From positions 64,835-128,834 of the forward strand of contig JBDRKO010000001.1 of the NCBI GenBank assembly GCA_043813915.1: DNA of 64,000 nucleotides. The letters are read 5' to 3'. The notes under the pieces were generated by a model. It made no database searches. It worked only from the letters and a program-made list of their open reading frames with translations, and had not been told where the DNA came from. Origin of the DNA: Candidatus Omnitrophota bacterium (GTDB lineage: Bacteria > Omnitrophota > Gorgyraeia > Tantalellales > Tantalellaceae). Below are positions 47,634-56,569 of this stretch, one piece after another; position 1 is the stretch's first letter; every line of letters starts with the position of its first letter. The translations under genes and the position numbers were made by a program.

Positions 47634-49097
47634 CTACACCTTGACCGCGAAACCCATATTTTTCAATATACCTTTTACTATCTCAGCATCATCGAAAGGA
47701 AAACGCCTGTTCCCTATGATCTGGTAATTCTCGTGTCCTTTGCCCGCAACAATAACTATATCCCCTCTGCCCGCTTTCTCCAAGACCTTTTTAACGGCGT
47801 TCCCGCGGTCCTCTTCCACGGTATATACGCAGCCATCCGACATGCCGTCTGTTATCTGCCCTATGATATCAGAGGTCTTTTCGGTCCGGGAATTATCACT
47901 GGTCACTACCGCCTCATCTGCCATTGATGAAACGACCTTTCCCATAAGCGGCCTTTTTTGTTTATCCCTGTCTCCACCGCATCCGAACATACATATAAGT
48001 TTACCGGTAACGATATTTCTAAGCGCACCTAATACCTGCTCAAGAGCGACGGGGGTATGCGCGTAATCCACAAAGACCCTGAAGGGCGCGTCCGAAGATA
48101 TTTCCTGAAGCCTGCCGGGAACACCTTTAAAACTTTCCGCTCCCTTTTTGAACTCATCCAGGCTGATCCCGCTTTCAACGAGACATGCCGCGGCGCCCAT
48201 CACATTATATACATTATGCGCACCGAGCATGCTTATTTTCATAGGAACGCTGCCGTGTTTTCCGGCATTCAATATGAACCGCGTTCCCGTTTCGCTGTAT
48301 TCTATCGCTTCGGCCCTTATCTCGGCATCTTCTCCGATACCGAACGTAATACATCGGAAAAGATCTCTGCACCGGGCCGCTTTTTTTACGGCAACATCAT
48401 CCGCATTTATCACGCCTAACCCGCCGATCTTCAAATGGTCGAAGATCTTGGCCTTTTCCTCAAGATAGGGCCCCATACTGCCGTGATAATCCAGATGCTC
48501 GGGGGTGATGTTCGTAAATACGGCAATATCCAGTTTTATTTCCGCTGTCCTTTTCTGGCTCAACGCGTGACTGGATATCTCGATGACCGCGTGTGTCTTA
48601 CCCGAGCGCAGCATCGCCTCTAATTCTCTGTTGACCGATATCACATCGGGCGTTGTCATTTCGGATGGTTTCAGGGAATTGCCCCGGCTCTTGACCGCTA
48701 CGGTGCTCATGAACCCGCTGGCCCTGCCGGTCATATTAAGGATACTATCTATCAGATATACCGTTGTAGTCTTGCCGTTGGTCCCCGTTATCCCGTAGGT
48801 AACAAGATCCTTCGACGGGTCCCGGAACGCGATCCTGGCCAATTCACCGAGGGTCTCGCGGCTGTCCCTGACTACCTCTATCCTTTCATCTTGTCCGTCA
48901 TATATCGCGGCCCTCGACCGTTCGCATACAACGCACGCGGCTCCTCTGTCCAGAGCTTCGGATATGAACCTGTTGCCGTCAAGATGACAGCCTTTTATCG
49001 CGACAAAAACATCACCGGGCGAGACCAGACGCGAGTCTGTTCTTATCTCCCCCGCTGCGTCGTTCATTTTTTTTATGATCTTATCGGTCTCCGTCAT
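47634..49097 (-). CDS. murE: UDP-MurNAc-dipeptide-meso-DAP ligase
   Basis: TDSR, TGTNGKTT, TTP, EISSH, DYAHTP, FGCGGDRD..KR, DNSR (DNPR-like), AGKGHE. Start re-called at ATG 49097. Confidence 0.96.
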   Translation of the reverse strand: MTETDKIIKKMNDAAGEIRTDSRLVSPGDVFVAIKGCHLDGNRFISEALDRGAACVVCERSRAAIYDGQDERIEVVRDSRETLGELARIAFRDPSKDLVTYGITGTNGKTTTVYLIDSILNMTGRASGFMSTVAVKSRGNSLKPSEMTTPDVISVNRELEAMLRSGKTHAVIEISSHALSQKRTAEIKLDIAVFTNITPEHLDYHGSMGPYLEEKAKIFDHLKIGGLGVINADDVAVKKAARCRDLFRCITFGIGEDAEIRAEAIEYSETGTRFILNAGKHGSVPMKISMLGAHNVYNVMGAAACLVESGISLDEFKKGAESFKGVPGRLQEISSDAPFRVFVDYAHTPVALEQVLGALRNIVTGKLICMFGCGGDRDKQKRPLMGKVVSSMADEAVVTSDNSRTEKTSDIIGQITDGMSDGCVYTVEEDRGNAVKKVLEKAGRGDIVIVAGKGHENYQIIGNRRFPFDDAEIVKGILKNMGFAVKV

Positions 49098-49102
49098 ATC
49101 GC

Positions 49103-50794
49103 TTATTGTATTCCTTCCGTTTCCGCAGTTCCGGGGTTTGACGCCAGATACTGAAGCGCTCTTTCGGCTATATTTTTGAACACCGGACCCGCAACGGTCC
49201 CACCGTAATGGGCTTTTTTGGGATACTTCGCGGTCACTATTATGCTGACAAGCGGTTTTTCCTTCGGCCCGAAACCGATAAAGGTCGAATTGTATCTGTC
49301 CGCGTAATATCCTCCCGCGGGATCTACCATCTGAGCTGTCCCGGTCTTTCCGCAAAGCCGGTATTTTTTTGACCGTGCCCGTTTTCCGGTCCCGTCGTTT
49401 ATGACCGCTTCCATAATGTCTTTCATTTTATCACAAGTTTCGCTATTTAGTACCCTTCGCTTAACATCCGTCCGGAACTCATTACTTATATCCCCTTCCC
49501 AGTTCACTATCTTATCGACGATACGGGGGGTCATTAAATATCCGCCGTTCGCGATAACGCTAACGGCGGAGACAAGCTGGATCGGAGTAACGGCGATCCC
49601 CTGGCCTATGGGAATGGTCGTCATATCACTTTTGCTCCATTTAGAAGGAGGCCGGCAGATACCCGAGGCTTCTCCGGGAAGGCCTATCCCCGTTAACTCT
49701 CCGAACCCGAATCTCTTTATGTAATCATATAAGGGCTTTTTCCCGAGTTTTTGCGCGGCCTTTACGGTCCCGATATTGCTTGATTTGGCTATGACCTCAA
49801 GAAAGGGCAGTTTCCCGTATTTATGCACATCGTGCAGGATCCGTCCTCCCACGGAATATACGCCGTTCTCGCAATATATTTCCTCGTCCAGACCGACCGC
49901 GTTCTCGTTAATGACGGCGCTGGCGGTCACTATCTTAAAGACGCTGCCGGGTTCGTACATATCCGCTACGGCCGTGTTCTTGATATGTTCTTTCGGGGCC
50001 CGTCCATGATCGTTAAGATCGTAATCGGGATAGCCGGCAAGGGCGAGTATGCGTCCTGTATCCGGTTCCATAACAATGACCGACGCGCTTTCGGGACGGT
50101 ATTTCTCCGCCATAACGGATAACTCCTCTTCCGCTATGAACTGGATAACGCTGTCTATGGTCAGGATGATGTCCGATCCGTTCTTAGGAGGAACCGATTC
50201 CTTTTCAATGTAAAAGACCGTACGCTGTCTAGCGTCGCGTAACGAACGGCGTTCGCCGGGGACGCCTTTAAGCTGCCCGTCGAACATAAGCTCCAGCCCT
50301 TCCAGTCCCGTATTATCCGTTCCCGCAAAACCTATGACGTGTGATGCCAGTTTCCCGCTGGGATAGTTCCTTCTGCTTTCCTGCACAATGTAAAGACCCT
50401 TGACACCCGTACCGACAACCGCCGCGGCTTCTTCTTCGGCGACCTTCCGCTCTATCCAGACAAAAGCCTTATCCCTGGAAAGCTTTTCGAAAAGTGTATC
50501 CTTATCTATTTCCAGTATCCCCGCAAGGATCCCGGCAGTGCCTTCCGGATCCGCGATCTCCCGTGAATTGCAGTAAATGCTCGGAGCGTCCAAGTTTATT
50601 GCCAATGGGTCCATATGACCGTCGAAGATCCCGCCGCGCCGGGGCTCTATCCGATGCGCCGATGAATGCTGTCCGTCGGCCAAGGCGATAAATCTGTCCT
50701 TAATTATGATCTGAAGATAAAAGAGACGCGCAAAAAGGGATACAAAAAGGGACATGATAAGAAGTACAACAAAATAACGGCGCGTTCTGAGCAT
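49103..50794 (-). CDS. ftsI: Division penicillin-binding protein (PBP3)
   Basis: RGGIFD, R.YP.G, GLEGLE, YEPGSVFK, SSNIG, KTGT. Confidence 0.96.
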   Translation of the reverse strand: MLRTRRYFVVLLIMSLFVSLFARLFYLQIIIKDRFIALADGQHSSAHRIEPRRGGIFDGHMDPLAINLDAPSIYCNSREIADPEGTAGILAGILEIDKDTLFEKLSRDKAFVWIERKVAEEEAAAVVGTGVKGLYIVQESRRNYPSGKLASHVIGFAGTDNTGLEGLELMFDGQLKGVPGERRSLRDARQRTVFYIEKESVPPKNGSDIILTIDSVIQFIAEEELSVMAEKYRPESASVIVMEPDTGRILALAGYPDYDLNDHGRAPKEHIKNTAVADMYEPGSVFKIVTASAVINENAVGLDEEIYCENGVYSVGGRILHDVHKYGKLPFLEVIAKSSNIGTVKAAQKLGKKPLYDYIKRFGFGELTGIGLPGEASGICRPPSKWSKSDMTTIPIGQGIAVTPIQLVSAVSVIANGGYLMTPRIVDKIVNWEGDISNEFRTDVKRRVLNSETCDKMKDIMEAVINDGTGKRARSKKYRLCGKTGTAQMVDPAGGYYADRYNSTFIGFGPKEKPLVSIIVTAKYPKKAHYGGTVAGPVFKNIAERALQYLASNPGTAETEGIQ

Positions 50795-50828
50795 ACCGGA
50801 TGTGCCTTGTTATAAATAATTGTTTTTT

Positions 50829-51188
50829 TTAGCGGGACTTAGCTTCGGCGATCGGAGTGAACGCGTCGAGCATTCTGCCGAAAACGTTCTTCTCCGTAAC
50901 GGCAACACCCGTCGACGCGAGAGCGAGCCTGTAGCTGCCCGTCTGGATGCTCCTATGCTTAGCGAAGATAATATCTTCCCCGTCCAGGGAAGTAAGCAAA
51001 TATCTGGGAGACTCCAATCTTGATAGATTATACATTAACTTGGAGTTACGGTCAATCAGTTGGGAGATACGCCGGATATTGTCCTGCATCATATATCCGG
51101 CCTTCAGCGTTTCCACGCGCTGATGGACATAGCATACGGAGAGTAAAGTGAATGCCAGACCTATTATGACCATTCTATGTGTTCTCAT
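50829..51188 (-). CDS. ftsL: FtsL-like protein
   Basis: TM, coiled coil, L.RLESP; canonical position between rsmH and ftsI. Confidence 0.75.
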   Translation of the reverse strand: MRTHRMVIIGLAFTLLSVCYVHQRVETLKAGYMMQDNIRRISQLIDRNSKLMYNLSRLESPRYLLTSLDGEDIIFAKHRSIQTGSYRLALASTGVAVTEKNVFGRMLDAFTPIAEAKSR

Positions 51189-52069
51189 TATACCCTTTCC
51201 GCTATTCTTAACTTCGCGCTTCTTGATCTGGGGTTCTGCCGTTTTTCTTCCTCGGAAGGCACTATCGGTCTTTTTGTCACGATCCTGACCTTCCCGGTCC
51301 TTTCCATATCCCTAAAAAGGTGTTTCGCTATACGATCCTCCAGGGAATGGAACGATATCACGCATATCCTGCCTTGCTTCTCGGTGTGATCGAATATCTC
51401 TGTCAGAGCTTCCCTCTCGGAATCAAGTTCATCGTTAACGAATATCCTCAGAGCCTGGAACGTCCTGCATGCGGGGTGCATCATTTGTCTCGTGTACCTT
51501 CTTCCTATGGCCCTGGTCACTAGATCCGAAAGTTCTTTTGTGGTTCGTATCCTTTTCTTTTGCCTTTCGGAGCAGATAATGTTCGCCAAGTGTCTGGCAT
51601 GCCTTTCTTCCCCGTAAGACCGGATAATATCCGCTATCTCATCCCTGCTGAAACGGTTCACGACGTCGCTTGCGGAAATGCCTTTATGGCGGTCATACCT
51701 CATGTCCAGCGGGCCGTCTTTGGAAAAGCTAAAACCTCTTTCCTCCTCATCGACCTGGAACGACGACATGCCCAGATCGAATACGGCACCGTTAACTTTT
51801 TTGATTCCGCTCTTTTCAATGATCGACCCTATATTCCTGAAATCCTCGTTAACGAAGATCATACTGCCGCTGACTTCCTTGAACTTGACCTTGCTCCTCT
51901 CTATGGCGTCCGGGTCCCTGTCTACCGCTATTATTTTACCGCCGGGGAGCACATGCTTAAGTATCTCCTGGGAATGTCCTCCTCCTCCCAGTGTCGCGTC
52001 CATTATCACATCCCCCGGTTTGAGCGAAAGATGCCCGATTATCTCCCTCACGAGTACCGGACAATGCAC
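51188..52069 (-). CDS. rsmH: 16S rRNA m4C1402 methyltransferase
   Basis: H.PVL..E, DATLGGGGHS, DLGMSSFQ, RGFSF..DGPLDMR, FHSLEDR, NPRSRSAKLR. Confidence 0.99.
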   Translation of the reverse strand: MHCPVLVREIIGHLSLKPGDVIMDATLGGGGHSQEILKHVLPGGKIIAVDRDPDAIERSKVKFKEVSGSMIFVNEDFRNIGSIIEKSGIKKVNGAVFDLGMSSFQVDEEERGFSFSKDGPLDMRYDRHKGISASDVVNRFSRDEIADIIRSYGEERHARHLANIICSERQKKRIRTTKELSDLVTRAIGRRYTRQMMHPACRTFQALRIFVNDELDSEREALTEIFDHTEKQGRICVISFHSLEDRIAKHLFRDMERTGKVRIVTKRPIVPSEEEKRQNPRSRSAKLRIAERV

Positions 52070-52297
52070 GAATATACCCCTCTGTTCTTTTCGGATGCGC
52101 GGCGCATCAATGACCGCCGCTAAGAGCCCTGCCTATTATGCCCACCTGACTCTTGTAAAAACGGCTATATTCGCCTATTAGGTCCTTTCCCTTTCCTTTA
52201 TGTCCGGGGACCGACCTGTTTTTGTCCGCGCCCGACCGGGTCCTGCCGTAAATGGACCCGCCCATATCACATGCCTGGATATATCTTTTTACAGGTT

Positions 52298-52489
52298 TCA
52301 TCCGCAATCCTTTATCGTAAGATACGACCTTTTCCCCAATCCGGAGGACGAAACAACAAACCTCTTTACGCCCAGATGCTCTATCCCCGCGGGAAGCGCC
52401 CTGGCTTTCTTGATCCTTTCCACCATGTTCACGCAGTTTATGAATTCCATCTGTTTTTTATGGAATTTTATAGCGTATCTTCTGTACAT
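52298..52489 (-). CDS. Small basic hypothetical protein between mraZ and rsmH
   Basis: 63-aa ORF with strong SD AAGGAGG before the ATG, directly after the mraZ stop; no family recognised. Confidence 0.4.
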   Translation of the reverse strand: MYRRYAIKFHKKQMEFINCVNMVERIKKARALPAGIEHLGVKRFVVSSSGLGKRSYLTIKDCG

Positions 52490-52511
52490 GTTGCCCTCCT
52501 TAGAATGATCT

Positions 52512-52949
52512 TTATATTTCCATCAAGCCTTCGGCTATCTCTTCATATTTCGGTTTGGAGGTATCGTAGAACTCCTTCCACTTATCTTTGGCCCATATCT
52601 CTATGCGGTTCGATACGCCTATTATCATGATGTCCTTTGACAGCTTGGCGTATTCCTTCAAATAGTCCGGCACCAATATTCTCCACTGCTTATCGGGGAC
52701 GGCTTCGAACGCTCCGGAAAAGAAAAGTCTTTTGAACTTGCGCACTTCCCCTTTGGTAAAAGACAGGCCTCTGAACTTGCTCTCCTGAGCATGCCATTCG
52801 CTTTCGGTGAAAACGAAAAGGCACTGGTCCAAACCTCGTGTCACATAAAGCTTTTCTTCCCCCGATTCTCTTATAGGAAGACGGAACTTAGCCGGGACAA
52901 TGAGCCGGTTCTTTTTATCAAGGCTGTGTTCGTATTCACCGTAAAACAC
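52512..52949 (-). CDS. mraZ: Transcriptional regulator MraZ
   Basis: FYGEYEHSLDKKNRLIVPAKFR, TRGLD.CL, DKQWRI, GV.NRIEIW. Start re-called at GTG 52949. Confidence 0.98.
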   Translation of the reverse strand: MFYGEYEHSLDKKNRLIVPAKFRLPIRESGEEKLYVTRGLDQCLFVFTESEWHAQESKFRGLSFTKGEVRKFKRLFFSGAFEAVPDKQWRILVPDYLKEYAKLSKDIMIIGVSNRIEIWAKDKWKEFYDTSKPKYEEIAEGLMEI

Positions 52950-52975
52950 TCCACTTACCTCCACTTTAATCCACT
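52950..52975 (-). promoter_or_regulatory. MraZ-binding direct repeats
   Basis: Three AGTGGA boxes at exact 10-bp period (minus strand AGTGGA-TTAA-AGTGGA-GGTA-AGTGGA), matching the known GTGG-repeat MraZ operator. Confidence 0.85.
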
Positions 52976-52985
52976 AACAATAGAG

Positions 52986-53014
52986 AGTATACATAAAAGC
53001 AGGGATTTTGTCAA
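52986..53014 (-). promoter_or_regulatory. dcw cluster sigma70 promoter
   Basis: Minus strand TTGACA-N17-TATACT directly upstream of the MraZ boxes. Confidence 0.85.
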
Positions 53015-53130
53015 ATAAGTAACTTTCTTGAGTTTTAAATTTTACGAGGAATTACACAGCATATAGCGGTTTTAATAATACAGACCACATTGTATGGTGG
53101 CTTGAAGTATTCGAAAAAACTTTATTTTTT

Positions 53131-53242
53131 TACCCATTCGCCCCAGCGAAACCCCGCGCACTGCAGGATCAATTGGGAACCCTTCGGCTTCGCTCAGGGC
53201 AAGCAAGCCCCGGTCTCTAAACCGGAGTATCGGTGAATTGAC
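53131..53242 (-). mobile_element. Non-coding palindromic element (copy G)
   Basis: Minus strand GTCAATTCACCGATACTCCGGTTTAGAGACCGGGGCTT-[GCTTGCCCTGAGCGAAGCCGAAGG]-GTTCCC...GGCGAATGGGT, homologous to copy F. Confidence 0.7.
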
Positions 53243-53314
53243 AGATAAAGCGGATACGTTTCAGAAAGGATGTTTTTTACCGTGGTATGCTACATTACAG
53301 ATAGCTGTTCATTG

Positions 53315-53365
53315 AAAAAAAAAAAAAAAAGGGGTGAGACAGACCTTATCTATCTCACCCCTTTT
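53315..53365 (-). terminator. Intrinsic terminator
   Basis: Stem GGGGTGAGA/TCTCACCCC followed by T16 on the minus strand. Confidence 0.88.
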
Positions 53366-53385
53366 ATCTTCACATACATTACGCC

Positions 53386-53730
53386 TTAAGCGGCCTTTTC
53401 AGCCTGCGCCTTTTTCTGCTCTTCCTGGAGCTTCCTCTTGTAGCATTTCTTTGTGCAGTAAAAAGCGCCGTTCCTGTAATACCAAAGTTTTTTAAGCAAC
53501 GCTTTAGCGCATGCCGCACACTCCGTAGGTTTAGGCGGTTTCTTTGCCTTAGGCATCCGCGGATCACCTTTCTTAACTTCTTCCTTAGGCGCTTCTTCGG
53601 TTTTCTCTGCGGGCTTTTCCACCGCTTTTTCTTTTGCGGCAGGCGCCGCCTTTTCCTCGGTCACAGCTTCTTTTGTTTCCTCTGCGGTCTCCTGCGCGTC
53701 GTCTTTCTTCTCTTCTTCTGAGCTCATCAT
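53386..53730 (-). CDS. Hypothetical protein, low-complexity E/K/A N-terminus and C-terminal C4 metal-binding motif
   Basis: CAAC-x15-CTKKC (TRASH/treble-clef-like); SD GGAGG; followed by a terminator. Confidence 0.75.
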   Translation of the reverse strand: MMSSEEEKKDDAQETAEETKEAVTEEKAAPAAKEKAVEKPAEKTEEAPKEEVKKGDPRMPKAKKPPKPTECAACAKALLKKLWYYRNGAFYCTKKCYKRKLQEEQKKAQAEKAA

Positions 53731-54098
53731 TCCTCCGTTTTTATGTCTACTCTACCTGTTTTTTTTGACGTTATCCATTTTTTATATATGTGCTCGAGTA
53801 TTCTTCCCCTATCCTCGCTATTGATCTTTTTGAATTTTATCCCGCTCGCGTGTCCGTCCCCTTCGCCGGTCATCCCTCCGGCCCAGGCTATCTGCCCCTC
53901 GAATATTATGGGGACATTATCCCCTGGGATCATGACCTCCATTTCAATATTCTCTCCCATGCCGAGAGGCTCATCGCTCAAAAGCCCCGCACCTTCCCTG
54001 CAGAAGTTGTTGACCTTGACCCTTTTTAAAGATCCTCTCCTGCGGCATATAGCATCCAATAAAACATCAAAACGCATGAACCTTCTCTGCTCCGACAT
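53727..54098 (-). CDS. Single-domain PilZ protein
   Basis: EQRRFMR (RxxxR), NFCREG, G.IAW, GIKF. Confidence 0.85.
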   Translation of the reverse strand: MSEQRRFMRFDVLLDAICRRRGSLKRVKVNNFCREGAGLLSDEPLGMGENIEMEVMIPGDNVPIIFEGQIAWAGGMTGEGDGHASGIKFKKINSEDRGRILEHIYKKWITSKKTGRVDIKTEE

Positions 54099-54171
54099 CC
54101 ATCCTCCCGTTCAAAAAAAACACACATCCTCCCCATCGCGACACACCGCTCCAACCCCGGTAAGGACACTA

Positions 54172-54210
54172 AACAAAAAGGGAACGATGCGAGATCGTCC
54201 CCTTCTTGTT
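54172..54210 (-). terminator. Intrinsic terminator after the TIGR04073-like gene
   Basis: Inverted repeat AACAAAAAGGGAACGAT/ATCGTCCCCTTCTTGTT. Confidence 0.75.
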
Positions 54211-54234
54211 AAACATTCACATCATCGATGCGAT

Positions 54235-54564
54235 CTATTCGCTAAATACAAATTCAGGCTCAATGACCGGCTGGTAATCTTCCGGTATTGGGAACGGGAA
54301 CGTTACAGCTTCATAAACACCTGCACCTGTTCTCACGATAGTCATACCGATACCTTTCGCCAGACCCATTGTAAGTCCGGAAAGCACGTTCTCTTCAACG
54401 CTGGTCTCATAGATGTTCTTGGGAAGTTCAACCCACCCTGTCAATATGTTAGCGATACCTCTGCCGAGTTTCTTGGCAGGATCCTGCGCATAACACTGAG
54501 TGGTCATACCTACCATAGCTATGACAACGCAACATACGAACAACACTTTTAATGTCTTCTGCAT
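54235..54564 (-). CDS. TIGR04073-like exosortase-system-associated protein
   Basis: Signal peptide, KLGRGIANILTGWVELPK, RTGAGVYE.VTFPFP, EPEFV; SD GAGGAGGTG. Confidence 0.85.
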   Translation of the reverse strand: MQKTLKVLFVCCVVIAMVGMTTQCYAQDPAKKLGRGIANILTGWVELPKNIYETSVEENVLSGLTMGLAKGIGMTIVRTGAGVYEAVTFPFPIPEDYQPVIEPEFVFSE

Positions 54565-54611
54565 AATACTATTTCACCTCCTCTTTATATATACGAATTA
54601 AATTCTAGTGA

Positions 54612-54640
54612 AGTATATCACGCACTTTTTACTATGTCAA
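54612..54640 (-). promoter_or_regulatory. Sigma70 promoter for the TIGR04073-like gene
   Basis: Minus strand TTGACA-N17-TATACT. Confidence 0.75.
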
Positions 54641-55005
54641 GTGCCGGGTCCCAATAGCCCGTTTATCAGGCCTTCTATTCTTTCCCTGTCCTTCCTGTCT
54701 AGGTCGGTAAATTCCACCCCTGTGTCATACGCGACCTCTCCCCCTACGGCCGACCCGTGTCCTTTTACCACCCAGACCACTTTCCCCTTACATTTTACGG
54801 GGGATCCTCCCTCTCCTAAAAACAGCTCCACACCGACCCTCTCGAACATACCTACATCATTCGGCAGTGAAACGCACACCCCGCCCTGGCCGATATTCTC
54901 GGTATTGGCGTCGAAGATCTTTTCTTCACCGTTCTTGCATATGAGTATACGGCATCTGTAATTCACCCTGGGGAATTTTCTGCCGTTCATTCCGTTCCAT
55001 GTCAT
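54637..55005 (-). CDS. Single-domain PilZ protein
   Basis: RKFPR (RxxxR), TENIGQGG, GKVVW, TGVEF. Confidence 0.88.
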   Translation of the reverse strand: MTWNGMNGRKFPRVNYRCRILICKNGEEKIFDANTENIGQGGVCVSLPNDVGMFERVGVELFLGEGGSPVKCKGKVVWVVKGHGSAVGGEVAYDTGVEFTDLDRKDRERIEGLINGLLGPGT

Positions 55006-55045
55006 AGTGTTCTAAATATACACCAAGAATCCCGTCTAAACAAGC

Positions 55046-55606
55046 TTATCTTAATTTTAACTCGAATTCGATGCCTTCCGGAGAGCGCATGTCCACCTTA
55101 TCGGGAAAAACCCCGAGGATCATGAAACCGTCAACGATCTCCCCCGTTGACACCATCACATCGTTAATGATCGCTTTCGGACTTACCGGAGAATACATAA
55201 TACCATTGAGCGCGGGAAGCTTTGAGGGTCTTAGCTCTTTAGACAGGACCTTGTCGTCCTTTCTCTCTCTGCCATCCTTCTCTTTTTGTTCTATCTCTTT
55301 AGCCGGGCCGGATATTCTCTCGGGGACGGATATTACTTTTGAGGGGTCTCTCTTCACCTCGGCCCGGCCGCCGCTTCTCATCCAAAGCGCTCCTGAAATG
55401 ATCGCACAGACCACCAGGACAATACCCGTCGCGATAACAATAACGGTCCGGAGCGTTCTTTTCTTTCCCCGGACAAGCTTAGGTGCCTCGTATAGGTCGA
55501 AGGACGGTCCCTCTACGGTTTTGTTCTCTACCACCTCTTTTCCATAGGACTGTTTCTTAGACCTGTCCTCCTGCGCTTTTTTCAGGGCCTTGGTTATAAT
55601 GCTCAT
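55046..55606 (-). CDS. GspB/ExeB-like protein
   Basis: MSIITKALKKAQ (GspB-type N-terminus), TM, LNGIMYS....AIIN; follows exeA. Confidence 0.8.
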   Translation of the reverse strand: MSIITKALKKAQEDRSKKQSYGKEVVENKTVEGPSFDLYEAPKLVRGKKRTLRTVIVIATGIVLVVCAIISGALWMRSGGRAEVKRDPSKVISVPERISGPAKEIEQKEKDGRERKDDKVLSKELRPSKLPALNGIMYSPVSPKAIINDVMVSTGEIVDGFMILGVFPDKVDMRSPEGIEFELKLR

Positions 55607-55630
55607 CTAAAAACCTTTCCAAAGAGCCGT

Positions 55631-56461
55631 CTAAACGACGGTCTCTTGATAGTTAAATCGTCCTTCTGTCTCCTCAATGCTCCTGCGCACTACGTCCTCT
55701 TCTATCTCCCTTGTCTCCTCAACGAAACCCAGAAGCAAGGCCCTGTCACATACTATGTTGATGATCCGGGGGATCCCTTTGGAGTATACGTATATGCCCT
55801 CGACCGCTTTATCTGAAAATATCGGTTTTTCTTTCGCTCCGGCCACGAAAAGTCTGTGATCTATATACTGAGCAAGCTCTTCCTTTTCCAGAGCCCTCAC
55901 ATGGAACTTGACCCCTATACGCTGTCTGAGCTGTAACAGGTCCGGGGAATCCAATTTATCCTGCAGTTCGGGCTGTCCGACCAGCACTATCTGCAGAAGT
56001 TTCTCTTTTTCCGTCTCCAGGTTCGATAGCATACGGATAGTCTCCATCGTGGTCTTTCGGAGATTTTGCGCTTCGTCTATTATGAGGACCGCGTTATTAC
56101 CCAGACTTAGCTGTTCCAGCAGGAATTCGTTAAGCTGTTTGATAAAAGCTACTTTGCTTTTCCGTTCCGGTTCTATCCCGAAATCGCTCAAAACGGCTTC
56201 CAGCAGTTGGTTCTCGGGGAGGCTCGGGTTAAAGATCAGGGACGTTTTCGTCTTTGAGTCCAATTGATTGAGGAGCGCCCGGCATAGGGTCGTCTTGCCC
56301 GCGCCTACCTCACCGGTGATCTCCACAAATCCTTTCCTCTGCTCTATCCCGTAAGAAAGATGGGCCAACGCTTCTCTGTGCGTATGGCTGAGGTACAAAA
56401 AATTAGGATCGCTGGTTACATTGAACGGGTTTTCTTTTAGTCCGTAAAAGTCAAGATACAT
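55631..56461 (-). CDS. ExeA/GspA/MshM-family AAA ATPase (no peptidoglycan-binding domain)
   Basis: MYLDFYGLKENPF, GEVGAGKTT, IIDEAQNL, LVGQPEL, QLRQRI, GIPR.IN..CD.ALL. Confidence 0.93.
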   Translation of the reverse strand: MYLDFYGLKENPFNVTSDPNFLYLSHTHREALAHLSYGIEQRKGFVEITGEVGAGKTTLCRALLNQLDSKTKTSLIFNPSLPENQLLEAVLSDFGIEPERKSKVAFIKQLNEFLLEQLSLGNNAVLIIDEAQNLRKTTMETIRMLSNLETEKEKLLQIVLVGQPELQDKLDSPDLLQLRQRIGVKFHVRALEKEELAQYIDHRLFVAGAKEKPIFSDKAVEGIYVYSKGIPRIINIVCDRALLLGFVEETREIEEDVVRRSIEETEGRFNYQETVV

Positions 56462-56484
56462 ATATTCCGGTTCTCCTTGACAGC

Positions 56485-56513
56485 ATTATACTATTAAAGA
56501 ATCAGGCAGTAAA
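56485..56513 (-). promoter_or_regulatory. Putative promoter for exeA-gspB
   Basis: Minus strand TTTACT-N17-TATAAT. Confidence 0.55.
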
Positions 56514-56569
56514 GGTGTTTAGTAGATGGTGAATTGTATTGCGGGATATATCCGGCTACCCGGCATATT

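Noticed and set aside
49098-49355. 86-aa N-terminal extension of MurE
   Set aside because: Overlaps ftsI out of frame; ATG 49097 directly after the ftsI stop is the plausible start.
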